A program made the translations under genes and the position numbers. A model generated the notes under the pieces. That model did no database searches. It was not told the DNA's origin and saw only the letters and a list, made by a program, of their open reading frames with translations. A stretch of 47,739 nt of DNA from a virus (lineage: Duplodnaviria > Caudoviricetes), in IMG/VR virus record IMGVR_UViG_3300044983_000133, positions 1 to 47,739 of that record; one strand, given 5' to 3'. Below are positions 34,788-43,820 of the stretch, piece after piece (the first letter of the stretch is position 1; each line of letters begins with the position of its first letter).

Positions 34788-35686
34788 TAGCTCGGGGTCG
34801 CCACCGGCACGACGAGGCCGCGCGCCGTCACCACGTCGGTGACCTTGTGATCGATGATCGCGCAGCCGCCCACGTCATAGGCGTTCGCGATCGTGATCCC
34901 GGCCGACGCGACCGACCCGCCCCCGATCAACACGCCGTCCCCGATCGCGGCGGACGATGAGTTGATGTCGATGACGAGCGTGTCGAACGCGGTCAGAATC
35001 AGATCGATGATTTCGTAGCCCTTCATCTTGAAGGACGACGAGATGAACGCCGTATCGAGACCCGATGAGCCGCCGTAGTCCGCCCGCGCGCGCACCAGTT
35101 TCCAGTCGTTGACCTTGCCTTCGAAGCTGATGCCGATGGCTGGGCCTGCCGCAGTGCCACGGAACACGCAATCTTCAAGAGTGAAGCGATGGGCGCTCGC
35201 CGGCACGGTGATCGCCGTGGTCGGCGCCGCGCCGTGCTCCAAGACGAGCCGTTGCGCGTAGAAGTCCGCCGCGTTGATGTCCAAGAGCGCCGTGCAGCCC
35301 GAGGCCGCGCCGACGAGTCGGACGTTCTGCAACGAACAATTCGCGGCCGAGACCGAGACCAGATCGCTTGAGTCGGTCGTCGCGGTGAGTGCCGGACGGT
35401 TCCTGCCGAACCCCAGCCCAAAGACCGTCACGCCCGCGACATCGAGCCCGACCGCCGTGGTCGTTTCCGCATGACCCGGCATGACGACGACGAGATCGCC
35501 CTGCGAGGCTGTGCATTGACTCACCGCGTAGTCGACGGTCGCAAACGGCTGCGCCGGTGTTTTGCCGGAATTGCCGTTGCTGCCCGAGGAATGCACGAAG
35601 AAGACGTTGCCCGTGGTCGGCGGGAGGCCCGGCAGCACCGGCATGCCAAAACTCCCGAGGCCATTCGGGAAATTCGTGATACCCAT
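34787..35686 (-). CDS. pectin lyase-like beta-helix virion protein (head fibre candidate)
   Basis: VFFV...GNSGKTPAQPFATVDYAV..C....GD.VVV.PGH; directly after the capsid gene. Confidence 0.7.
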   Translation of the reverse strand: MGITNFPNGLGSFGMPVLPGLPPTTGNVFFVHSSGSNGNSGKTPAQPFATVDYAVSQCTASQGDLVVVMPGHAETTTAVGLDVAGVTVFGLGFGRNRPALTATTDSSDLVSVSAANCSLQNVRLVGAASGCTALLDINAADFYAQRLVLEHGAAPTTAITVPASAHRFTLEDCVFRGTAAGPAIGISFEGKVNDWKLVRARADYGGSSGLDTAFISSSFKMKGYEIIDLILTAFDTLVIDINSSSAAIGDGVLIGGGSVASAGITIANAYDVGGCAIIDHKVTDVVTARGLVVPVATPS

Positions 35687-35787
35687 TCAGAACCCTCCGG
35701 TTGTTGTCTCTGCGGCAGTGACCGGAATCACCACCCTGCGTCGCTCAGAGCACCGCCGAGACCACACGCTTTGCGACGTGAAGTCCT

Positions 35788-36705
35788 CTACGCGCCAGGA
35801 TTGCCGTAGTTGTTGCGCCAATCGACCGAGTCCCACACCATGCGCGCGCGCAGTTTGTACAGGCGGTTGCCCGTGCGCGAATCGGTCATCGGCGGCGGCT
35901 GGTAGATCGCCTTGCGCTCCAGATACAAGAGCCCGTTCGCGTCCTTATCCTTCGGCACGAGGAACCAGGCATCGGTGTCCGCCGTGTGGAACGGATTCAC
36001 CACCACGGTGATGTCCAGATCCGACAGCGGATTGACCGCGTTGTTCGCCGACTCGGGATCCTTCACGCTGTTGACGATCCGCAGCGCGTTGAACCGATTG
36101 GCCGGCGCGACGACGAGATAGAACCCGGTGGCCGGCGCAACGAGCTGACCCGATTCGAGCTTGGTGTCGGTGTCGAGGTCGATGAAGCCCTGGGCGAGTG
36201 AGGTCACCGAAAGGTCCGCCGCCGAACTCGCGGTGTTCTTGGCCGTCCCGCCGCGCTTCAAGGTGTGCGCAGTCGAGTAGAGCGCGACGCCGTCGGCCGT
36301 GGTCTGCGTCGAGAAGCCGTTCATGAACACGGCGGCTGCCTGCTTCTCCGCGACCTGATTCATGGAGAAGGTCAGGAACTTGCCGTGCTGCGACAGGACG
36401 TTTTCGAGATCGTCTTCTTCGGCCGTTTCCGAGATTTCCGCCATCAAGCCCCACTCGAGCGGCGTCACATCTTTCGTATTCGCCTGCTGAATGAGGTCCG
36501 TGGCGTACTCTTCGCCTTCCGGCTTCTGTGGCACGTCGCCGTAGGGCGCGACCGTCACGATGCGCTCGAACTTCTTGCCGGTCGTCTGCTTCTTGTAGAG
36601 TTTTCCGTAGATCGGTTTGAGCGCTCGGACATTCATGTCCAAGAGCGCCGTCATCAGCTTGTCGACATTGTCGATATTGGCTGGGATTTGAGCTCGAAGC
36701 TGCAT
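35788..36705 (-). CDS. major capsid protein (HK97 fold, Mu gpT-like family)
   Basis: KPEG, ISE.A.EDD, E.QAA.VF.NGF...ADGVAL.STAH, DTDAWFL, DWR..YG.PG. Confidence 0.88.
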   Translation of the reverse strand: MQLRAQIPANIDNVDKLMTALLDMNVRALKPIYGKLYKKQTTGKKFERIVTVAPYGDVPQKPEGEEYATDLIQQANTKDVTPLEWGLMAEISETAEEDDLENVLSQHGKFLTFSMNQVAEKQAAAVFMNGFSTQTTADGVALYSTAHTLKRGGTAKNTASSAADLSVTSLAQGFIDLDTDTKLESGQLVAPATGFYLVVAPANRFNALRIVNSVKDPESANNAVNPLSDLDITVVVNPFHTADTDAWFLVPKDKDANGLLYLERKAIYQPPPMTDSRTGNRLYKLRARMVWDSVDWRNNYGNPGA

Positions 36706-36756
36706 CTGTGACTCCTCGCGACCGCAAACGGGACCAGTCGCTTACTGGAACGGTCG

Positions 36757-37263
36757 TTAGGTGCCCGCGCCGAAGATGGTCGCCTTCGGATCGAAGTGGA
36801 AGACCACCTCGCCTTCGGAGTCGCCCTCGGCGGTGAGATACGCCTTGGTGTCTGGGTTGATGTAATGCTCGATCACGACCGAGTCGGCGCCGGCATCGGT
36901 GGTATCGACGACCCAGATCGCCAGCGAGGCGTGCGCTTCGATCGCGCGAGCCGAGCCGATGTCAGTGAAGTCGATCGGATCGCTGGCAATCGTGCGGCCG
37001 ATGAACTGCAACTCCGGTTTCGCGAGCCACACCGGGACCATCGCGCCCGTGGTGCCCGAGGCATCCGCCGCAGCGACACCGACAATCGCGGCCGTGGGGT
37101 CGTTGGAGGCGACGCGCACGCGACCTTCAGTGGACGCGGCGTCGAGAATCACGGGATAGCCGCGCTTGAACGTCTGCGACGCGGCTTCTGGGAAGTGCTG
37201 AACTTTGGACCGACCCCAGGGACGAAACCCGTCGCCTGAACCCGGTACGAACGTGGTCGCCAT
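36757..37263 (-). CDS. capsid decoration/cement protein
   Basis: EAASQTFKRG.PV...IVGVAA.DA; GGAGGAG RBS; directly upstream of the major capsid gene. Confidence 0.7.
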   Translation of the reverse strand: MATTFVPGSGDGFRPWGRSKVQHFPEAASQTFKRGYPVILDAASTEGRVRVASNDPTAAIVGVAAADASGTTGAMVPVWLAKPELQFIGRTIASDPIDFTDIGSARAIEAHASLAIWVVDTTDAGADSVVIEHYINPDTKAYLTAEGDSEGEVVFHFDPKATIFGAGT

Positions 37264-37533
37264 GTCTCCTCCGGTTCGTGCCGAGAGACCTTCGGCCCGT
37301 CAGTCACGAACGCAAATCTGTTGGGAGGTTGAGAACGAATGTCGCCGTCCGCTTTCAACCGAAGCGGACCGCGCAACACCCGCACATGGCGTGGCGGGCT
37401 AACGCAACCGAACGCGCTTTACAGGAGCACGCGACCTGCTGACGAGAGACGAGCCGTCGTCAGAACGGCAATGCGAACATCGGTGACGGCGATGCGACCC
37501 GCTCCGATTCCCGAACGCGATCGGAGGCGCGCA
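37264..37533 (-). ncRNA. long structured 5' leader of the capsid transcript
   Basis: About 270 nt with no convincing ORF; at least five hairpins and a long-range 8-bp pairing. Confidence 0.5.
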
Positions 37534-37538
37534 GGCTC

Positions 37539-37580
37539 AGCGTAACACAGAGCTTTGCGGTGTCAAGAACTATTTTATTT
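37539..37580 (-). promoter_or_regulatory. sigma70-type promoter with an UP-like element for the capsid genes
   Basis: AAATAAAATA, then TTGACA (37566-37561), 16 bp spacer, TGnTACGCT. Confidence 0.8.
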
Positions 37581-37861
37581 CACAGGAACGAAATCTCCAC
37601 TCCGAGCGCTTTCGCGATAGTGACAATAGCTGCACGCTTCTCGTCCAACTCGCACTCGGGCTCGTTATTGCGCTTGTCGTATTCGCGAGCGCGCTCAAGC
37701 AACGCGCGAAACTCCGCGATCTCCTCGGCGGAAATGGCCGGCGCTGATGTAATCGTCACCTGCGGATACACGATCTGCCCAGTCGTTGGCCACGGCACAG
37801 ACGGTACCAACGGCGTCCACTTCTCGCGATAGTGGTCCATGATCATCGACGTGACGCACAT
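37580..37861 (-). CDS. conserved phage hypothetical protein
   Basis: MCV.SMI.DHY...EFRALLERAREYD.....P.CE motif recalled from phage proteins; GGGAG RBS. Confidence 0.7.
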   Translation of the reverse strand: MCVTSMIMDHYREKWTPLVPSVPWPTTGQIVYPQVTITSAPAISAEEIAEFRALLERAREYDKRNNEPECELDEKRAAIVTIAKALGVEISFL

Positions 37862-37874
37862 ACCGATAATCTCC

Positions 37875-38579
37875 CTACTCCGCTTCAGCCTCTGCACCGA
37901 GCGTCGTCTTCTCCTGTCGCAGCGATTCGATCTGAATCCCTCGTCCACGATACACGCCATCCGCGACTTCGTCCCGCTCTGAGCCAAGGTCCGCATTCGC
38001 GCCGATGGCTTCGGCGAGGTCTTCCCGCATCGCCTTTTTGCTCGATGAGCGGGCTTTCCGCTGCGCTTCCTGCAAGTCCTTGACGTAGTTGTACGCCACC
38101 AGCGGAATCTTCATGGTGATTTCCTTGCCATGATCCCCACGCCGGACATACATCTTGCCGTCATCTTCCCGCTGACGAACGAGCCCTGACACGTCTTCGG
38201 TGTCGAGCAGGTCTTCGACGAGCACCGGCATGTAGCCTTTAGCCTTCATCTGCGCCCACCGGCCCTCGATCGCGGTGTTGCACGTGTGAATGTGCCAGTT
38301 GCGCACCGGCTTGCCGCACCGTCGATTCGTGTCCTTGTCCCGCGCCTTGCAATTCACTTCCCCTGGCTTCACCAAGCGCTGATGACCGCTGTGCATACAG
38401 CAATTGGGCGACTCGCCTTTGAGAAGAATCGGCAGCGAGCCCGGATCGTTCGGGTCCACGAACCGTCGGGACAGGACATCGATCGCCGGATAGTCGGCGA
38501 GATAGGCGGCGAGCCCTTCCGGCGTCATCGGCACAGTAGTCTGGGCAGTCTGCGGCTTGGCTTTCGCGACACGCGGCAT
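37875..38579 (-). CDS. head-module hypothetical protein
   Basis: KGYMPV...RRGD....MKIP; between scaffold and capsid genes. Confidence 0.65.
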   Translation of the reverse strand: MPRVAKAKPQTAQTTVPMTPEGLAAYLADYPAIDVLSRRFVDPNDPGSLPILLKGESPNCCMHSGHQRLVKPGEVNCKARDKDTNRRCGKPVRNWHIHTCNTAIEGRWAQMKAKGYMPVLVEDLLDTEDVSGLVRQREDDGKMYVRRGDHGKEITMKIPLVAYNYVKDLQEAQRKARSSSKKAMREDLAEAIGANADLGSERDEVADGVYRGRGIQIESLRQEKTTLGAEAEAE

Positions 38580-39488
38580 TTACTTCACTCCCAAGGCCAC
38601 ACCGCCACGGCGGTTGCCCGATACGCTCTGCTCAAGCCGCGACACGGCCGCAGCGCCCTGTTTTTCATCTATGCCGAGCCGTGCAAAGGCGGCCGAGAGG
38701 TCGGCATCCACGGCGGATTCGCGTCGACCACGTCCACCACCTGGCCGATCGAGGAACAACGGCTCATCAGGCGCTTTCGGGGAACGCTTGTTCCGGCGAT
38801 CCAGGCCGATCGCGCTGTTGAGGACCAGATCGGCGACTTCTGGATTCGCCAAGAGGTTCGACGGCAGCTTGGAGGCCACTTCGCGGATGCTTTCCGGCGT
38901 GGCGAGCGGGACGCCCTCGTCATCCGTCATGCGCATCATCGATTGCAGGTTGGTTTCGGCGCGAGAGCCGAGCACCGTGCCAGCGATCGGACTGACGATT
39001 TCGCGCGTCTGGCGGCCGTGACGGGCATCCAACCGATCCAGCACGCGACGGGCGCGCGCCACGTCCGGCGTCTGATTGTCGGACAGGTAGAACCCGGCGT
39101 CTTCCGCGTAAGCCGCCGCATCCGGATCCTCGGTTTCGCTCGGCTGGACCGTCCCGTCGTTGCTCGTGCGCGTGCCTTTCGCGATCCGAGCTGCTTCCGC
39201 GAGCAGTTTCGGATTCGCGAGGACGGCGTTGATGATTGGCTGCGCGCGTTCAAGTTGTCCGCCGATCTCCTTCGCGCTGGCCGCGACGGGTTCCAGCTCC
39301 TTGACCTTGCGGTTGGCCGCTCGGAGTTCGCGTTTCGCAGCAATCAGCGCCGCTTCGACGCGTTCATGCTGCGTCTTCGGCTCGTTGCCGACGATCTGTT
39401 TGACCTCTTCGACGATTTCGGCGTCGTCGACTTCAGGATTGGCTCCCGCGGCCGCGATCTCTTCGGGGGTGCGCGTCTCTTCACTCAT
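38580..39488 (-). CDS. capsid scaffolding protein
   Basis: Acidic N-terminus, coiled coil, position between portal and capsid. Confidence 0.7.
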   Translation of the reverse strand: MSEETRTPEEIAAAGANPEVDDAEIVEEVKQIVGNEPKTQHERVEAALIAAKRELRAANRKVKELEPVAASAKEIGGQLERAQPIINAVLANPKLLAEAARIAKGTRTSNDGTVQPSETEDPDAAAYAEDAGFYLSDNQTPDVARARRVLDRLDARHGRQTREIVSPIAGTVLGSRAETNLQSMMRMTDDEGVPLATPESIREVASKLPSNLLANPEVADLVLNSAIGLDRRNKRSPKAPDEPLFLDRPGGGRGRRESAVDADLSAAFARLGIDEKQGAAAVSRLEQSVSGNRRGGVALGVK

Positions 39489-39922
39489 GCTGCGGTTTCC
39501 TTATGGACGGATTCAAGGACACAGAGAATTTCGGATTCGTGGAGCAGGACGTGATCGAGTTCGCCGACGCGCAACACTTCGCCCGCTGAGGCTGGGAACA
39601 GCACGACATCGCCGACTTGTACGTCGAATGGCGCCGGCGCCATCTTCATCAGCAAGTGATCGAGATCGTCGCGCGCATACGCTGGTTCCAAGTACTCCTT
39701 TGGCCCAGCCGTCGCGATGCTGTCGTTGAAAAATCCTGCGACTTCCGCCCGAACGTCGTCAAGTTGCACGACGCCGCGCCGCTCTCCGAGCGCGACCACC
39801 ACGCCGCGCGTCTGCTGCTTGCGGTCAGGATCGCGCACGAGAACTAAGCCGCTCTCGGTCTTCGTTTCCTGCTCTTTTGGCGGCAAGGCGACGAGCACGC
39901 GGTTACCGAGGATGCGCATCAT
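39485..39922 (-). CDS. groES: GroES/Cpn10-like co-chaperonin with a large insertion
   Basis: ILGNRVLV...KTESGLVL...GVVVALG...DVQVGDVVLF...G..L......LLHESEILCVL. Confidence 0.85.
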   Translation of the reverse strand: MMRILGNRVLVALPPKEQETKTESGLVLVRDPDRKQQTRGVVVALGERRGVVQLDDVRAEVAGFFNDSIATAGPKEYLEPAYARDDLDHLLMKMAPAPFDVQVGDVVLFPASAGEVLRVGELDHVLLHESEILCVLESVHKETAA

Positions 39923-39926
39923 CGTG

Positions 39927-40103
39927 CTATCCTTCCGCTGACCGGAGCTTCGCGCTGTCCCTGTCAGACGCAACACAGCGCGAACTACAACGCGGGCGAG
40001 TCCAGCGCTCATCCCATAAGAGGGTTCCAAACGGCTGTGACACGGCCAGCCGCGACCGCGTTCGCAGGGGAGGCCGCTTGACAGGATGCGGCACGGTCTT
40101 CAT
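39927..40103 (-). CDS. small basic hypothetical protein
   Basis: ATGA overlap; fills the gap; weak support. Confidence 0.35.
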   Translation of the reverse strand: MKTVPHPVKRPPLRTRSRLAVSQPFGTLLWDERWTRPRCSSRCVASDRDSAKLRSAEG

Positions 40104-40429
40104 CGCGGCACCCGGCGCAGGCCAGCGAACGGCCCTTTGGCTTTCGGCTCCTGCACCATCCGAATCTGTTCCTCCGGCCACTTGATTAACTCATTCACGG
40201 CCGCACACGTCATCTGTAAGCGCTCGACGAGCTGCGCGATCTCGTAGGCCCGATCGGCACTGGCAGGCACCTGCGCGGTCAGGCTCATGATCGCGTTCCC
40301 GACGGCGGCCGGGCCGTGCCGCTTCTCAATCTCGCCAACGAACAGTTTCCAGCCATCGGTCTGCACCATGTCCTTGAGTGCCGCCGCGCGTGTCTGAGCC
40401 GTCAGTTCCTCGTCGTGCTCAGTAGCCAC
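40100..40429 (-). CDS. small head-assembly protein downstream of the portal
   Basis: LKDMVQTDGWK...LIKWPE pattern typical of post-portal genes. Confidence 0.6.
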   Translation of the reverse strand: MATEHDEELTAQTRAAALKDMVQTDGWKLFVGEIEKRHGPAAVGNAIMSLTAQVPASADRAYEIAQLVERLQMTCAAVNELIKWPEEQIRMVQEPKAKGPFAGLRRVPR

Positions 40430-40432
40430 GGT

Positions 40433-40801
40433 TTATTTCGTCCGCTCGCGCCACATCGGGAGCAGGCCGATCGGTGGATGCTTCTGTTCACCGTCGAGTA
40501 CATCGGCGAGCGAGACGCCCATGCCGAGCGTGGCGGCCTGTAGCACCGTCGATAGTCTATTGATTTGCCGCATCTCGTACTGGATCGCATCGCGCTCTGG
40601 AGCGTCATCTGGGTAGCTGAGAATCAGACCGCCGACAGCACTGCGGAACTGCTCGTCCTCAGTGCTGCACATGAAGCACGCCTCGTCGAGGCGCTCTCGC
40701 CTGATGACGCTCTTGAAGCGATCGGCGATCGTGTCGCCCTTCGCGGAGTCTTTAAGGATCTGTGCGGCGATGACGATCTGCGGCGAAAGGTTGTGCAGCA
40801 T
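40433..40801 (-). CDS. hypothetical protein
   Basis: TGATG overlap with the portal gene. Confidence 0.6.
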   Translation of the reverse strand: MLHNLSPQIVIAAQILKDSAKGDTIADRFKSVIRRERLDEACFMCSTEDEQFRSAVGGLILSYPDDAPERDAIQYEMRQINRLSTVLQAATLGMGVSLADVLDGEQKHPPIGLLPMWRERTK

Positions 40802-42831
40802 CAGTAGGTTCCTGCTGGTTGATCGTTACCGGTGATGGTGCCACCGCCCGCCAGATGCGCGAGCAGTGCGCCGATGTCAGGTGGTCCGGCCGGCGGGGTC
40901 TCAGACGGCATTCCTGCCGGTGACGGACTCATTCCTGCGCCCATCTGCGGCGGCAAGCCAGGCGCCTGCAGGGCCCCAAGGAACGGCTGCTTGTCGCGCA
41001 CGTCGTAGGCCCTTAGGAGATGCTCCAGAATGGCCTTGGTCACCTCTGGACTCACCATCAACGGCTGGAAGCCTGGGAGCACTTTCGCGAGATTGGTCAG
41101 CGCGAGGATGAAACTGTCACCTTCCTGCCGCTGTCGATCGCGGTCCGCGGTGTCATCCGACCCGTACGGTTCGAATTGGAAGTCGCCTTTGAGCATGTCG
41201 GCTGTGAACGTCCCAGAAAACTCCGGCATCGACGCTTTGAGGCTGTTCGCAATCGACTGCGGCGCGTCAATCCCCTGTTTCTCCGCTTCCAAGGTCTCCA
41301 CCCAGATCGCATGAGTGAGCGCCATCACCCGCGCAATGGCGAGATGGAGATGGCCGATCACCTCATCAACCCGCACCGCAGACCCGCCCGCAACGAGCTT
41401 GTTTTCTCCGAGTGTCCGCCGTTCGCTCGAGAGCACCCCGACTGCCGCATCGGACAGTCCGCCGACGCGTTCTTTCGCACTCAAGAGCGCATGTTCCTGC
41501 TCCACGATCGAGACCGGCACATCAGCGATCTGGAGCTGCTTCAGCTCGTTGTGGTCACGCACGGTAATGACGCGTCCGACACCAAACGGTTGGACCGTCG
41601 GATCCCAGAGCCCACCCGTCAACTGCGTCATCGGCGCATTGGTCGCCAACGCCCCGCGATCGGCCTTCATGTTGCGCAGCGACGTGTGTTCTTCAGCCAG
41701 CGTCATCAACTTACTGAAGGCATAGGAGTAGCCGTAGATCGAATCCCGCCGCGGAAACAGGATGAACGGCACACAGCGCGGCATCCCGACTTTCTGCACG
41801 AACAGATCGAGCTTCAACCGCAGCAACAGCCGCTCTTTGAGCGAGACGGTTGCGAGATACCACTCTTCGCGGCCGTCTTCGTCGAGATCGCGCTTGATCG
41901 AGACTTGCCAGAACTCCTTTTCGACGTTCGGGCCGTACTGGTCAGCAATCGTATCGACCGGCACCGGAATGGTGTGCGTCTCGCGGTCGCTGTTGGTGCC
42001 GAGTGTCTTCACCGCCTCCGCGTCGTACACCCCATCCAGCACGCGCTCGTCCACGTCCGACTGCCGCAGGAAGATCCGGTAGGCGTAGCCGTAGACCCGC
42101 TTGGAGCTTTTGGCGTGTCCAGGCAGGAACACGAAGTCTTTCAGAGAGATCGGGTCGTATTGCGGCCCCAAGCGCTTGGTCTTCGTCTGCGTGCGTTCAA
42201 TCGTGGCCTTGGGCTGACCAGCTTGCGCCACCACCGGCTCACCGGTCTGCGGATCCTGTTGAATCTTTGGGTGACCATCAGGCCCCAGGATCGGCACCGG
42301 TTCGCCGGTGTCTGGATGCGGCGCAAGCTCCAACGCAACATCAAGTTGTTCCGTGCGCTTGGTTGTTTCGGTCTGTTCCGACACCTCCAGGATGTAGCCG
42401 TCTTCGATCAAGGCCCCGTGGATGGTCTTCGCCAGCTCGGTCTTGAACTCGCTGAACGGCTTGCGGACCTGCCAATCCAGGAACGCTTCGACGACTGGCG
42501 CTTTCTTCGCGTCGGCGCCCCACCCTTCCACGAACGAGAAGGGCCGGACGCCAAACACCGCTTTCATCAGCCGCGAGCGCAGTGCATCGACGTTCTCCGT
42601 GATGAAGTAGCTGGTCAGGTCCGCGGCGCCGGGGAACGGCAAATCCTCTGCGGCCGACCGACCCTGTTCGTAAAACCAGTCGGCGTAGTCGATCAGCCCC
42701 CCATCGCCGATGACGCTCTGTCGGGCCATCAAGGCATTCTGGATGTCCAGACAGAGATCGTTGGTGAAGTTCTTCCGCTCGCTGTCGGAGAACGCCACGT
42801 CAAAGGCTTTGGGTTTCTTGGACTTCGCCAT
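40801..42831 (-). CDS. portal protein
   Basis: 676 aa; PFPGAADL..., YGYS, RTLGE; Pro-rich tail; follows the terminase. Confidence 0.85.
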   Translation of the reverse strand: MAKSKKPKAFDVAFSDSERKNFTNDLCLDIQNALMARQSVIGDGGLIDYADWFYEQGRSAAEDLPFPGAADLTSYFITENVDALRSRLMKAVFGVRPFSFVEGWGADAKKAPVVEAFLDWQVRKPFSEFKTELAKTIHGALIEDGYILEVSEQTETTKRTEQLDVALELAPHPDTGEPVPILGPDGHPKIQQDPQTGEPVVAQAGQPKATIERTQTKTKRLGPQYDPISLKDFVFLPGHAKSSKRVYGYAYRIFLRQSDVDERVLDGVYDAEAVKTLGTNSDRETHTIPVPVDTIADQYGPNVEKEFWQVSIKRDLDEDGREEWYLATVSLKERLLLRLKLDLFVQKVGMPRCVPFILFPRRDSIYGYSYAFSKLMTLAEEHTSLRNMKADRGALATNAPMTQLTGGLWDPTVQPFGVGRVITVRDHNELKQLQIADVPVSIVEQEHALLSAKERVGGLSDAAVGVLSSERRTLGENKLVAGGSAVRVDEVIGHLHLAIARVMALTHAIWVETLEAEKQGIDAPQSIANSLKASMPEFSGTFTADMLKGDFQFEPYGSDDTADRDRQRQEGDSFILALTNLAKVLPGFQPLMVSPEVTKAILEHLLRAYDVRDKQPFLGALQAPGLPPQMGAGMSPSPAGMPSETPPAGPPDIGALLAHLAGGGTITGNDQPAGTY

Positions 42832-43200
42832 CTACGCTCCAGGCGAGCCCATATGCCGACCGCGCCACGACACGAACCAGGCGTCGCGGTGAAGATCGGG
42901 CATCCGAGCAACGTGAATCTCCAGCGCGCCTTGGAAGGTGTCGCGAATTTCCAGTGCCTGCAAGTAGTTCTCTGGCTGGCACAGCAGAAGTGCCACCGGA
43001 GCCGCGTGCGGCTGCCAATCCATCCGAATAAGCGCGTCCATCACGGTGTATTGCGACAGGTCGCAATCGAATGGCAACGTTTCGAAGCCGAAAGATTCCG
43101 GCATCGGCTCAACCGCTGTCATCGCCGCCTGCGTTGTCGGCACAATTTGCGATGCTCCAGCCGCACCAGCCAGTAAGCCAAAGAACCCTCGGCGATTCAC
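42832..43200 (-). CDS. twin-arginine-leader protein 4
   Basis: MNRRGFFGLLAGAAGA; GTGA overlap; stop abuts the portal ATG. Confidence 0.7.
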   Translation of the reverse strand: MNRRGFFGLLAGAAGASQIVPTTQAAMTAVEPMPESFGFETLPFDCDLSQYTVMDALIRMDWQPHAAPVALLLCQPENYLQALEIRDTFQGALEIHVARMPDLHRDAWFVSWRGRHMGSPGA

Positions 43201-43352
43201 CGCTTCACCCAGTGCGGAAAGAGCGAGCGCAGGTCACGCTCCATCGCGTCTGAATCGTCGTAGCTGCGCGCGCACCGCGCGATCGGCACATCGCCACGCC
43301 ACAGGCGCCAGAACCACCGTTGCCCCCGCCGGTAACGATTCACGCGATACAT
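43197..43352 (-). CDS. DUF1508/YegP-like 51-aa protein (not in ORF track)
   Basis: Manual translation MYRVNRYRRGQRWFWRLWRGDVPIARCARSYDDSDAMERDL...; W.WRL...IA....Y pattern; overlaps at both ends. Confidence 0.55.
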   Translation of the reverse strand: MYRVNRYRRGQRWFWRLWRGDVPIARCARSYDDSDAMERDLRSLFPHWVKR

Positions 43353-43426
43353 CACCTTTTCTTGCCCTTCTTAGGCGTCTTCCGCAGCGGCGTGATGTTC
43401 GCCGGCAACTGGGTGCTGATCTGCAT
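43352..43426 (-). CDS. 24-aa basic micropeptide (not in ORF track)
   Basis: MQISTQLPANITPLRKTPKKGKKR; TGATG overlaps at both ends. Confidence 0.5.
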   Translation of the reverse strand: MQISTQLPANITPLRKTPKKGKKR

Positions 43427-43746
43427 CAGGTGGTGCCTTCGGTATACCGCCACGACCCGAACCAACCGTCGATGGGGCCTTCAACCTTCAGATAATTGCG
43501 AGAGAACTCGCCAGTCATCGTGTCGTCGGCCAAAAAGTGCGCCCCGTCATGAAGATGGTAGATGCTATGGCGTCCGCTCACATGACGACCTCGGAAGTCG
43601 ATAGGTCGTCGCAACCAATACTCACCGACTGGTATCGGTTCTCCTGCGTCCACGAGCGCCTGAATCTTGCGGCTGTCGTCGCGCGTTGGAACAAGCCGCC
43701 ACGACAGTGCCGCGCCAGCACATGCTAGGAAATTCCGTCTGTTCAT
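43426..43746 (-). CDS. twin-arginine-leader protein 3 with a truncated beta-helix cap
   Basis: MNRRNFLACAGAAL; DDSRKIQALVD...PVGEY.L.RPI; GGAGG RBS. Confidence 0.7.
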   Translation of the reverse strand: MNRRNFLACAGAALSWRLVPTRDDSRKIQALVDAGEPIPVGEYWLRRPIDFRGRHVSGRHSIYHLHDGAHFLADDTMTGEFSRNYLKVEGPIDGWFGSWRYTEGTT

Positions 43747-43817
43747 CGGGTAATCCTCCGCAACGATTCAAAGGCTTCTTTGCCGAGTAATCGGCCGAAG
43801 AACGCGCGACGATTCAT
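43743..43817 (-). CDS. twin-arginine-leader micropeptide 2, 24 aa (not in ORF track)
   Basis: MNRRAFFGRLLGKEAFESLRRITR; ATGA overlap with the next gene. Confidence 0.6.
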   Translation of the reverse strand: MNRRAFFGRLLGKEAFESLRRITR

Positions 43818-43820
43818 GGC

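Noticed and set aside
38286-39554. 422-aa plus-strand ORF
   Set aside because: Antisense shadow of the scaffold region
41020-43176. 718-aa plus-strand ORF
   Set aside because: Antisense shadow of the portal gene; no motifs
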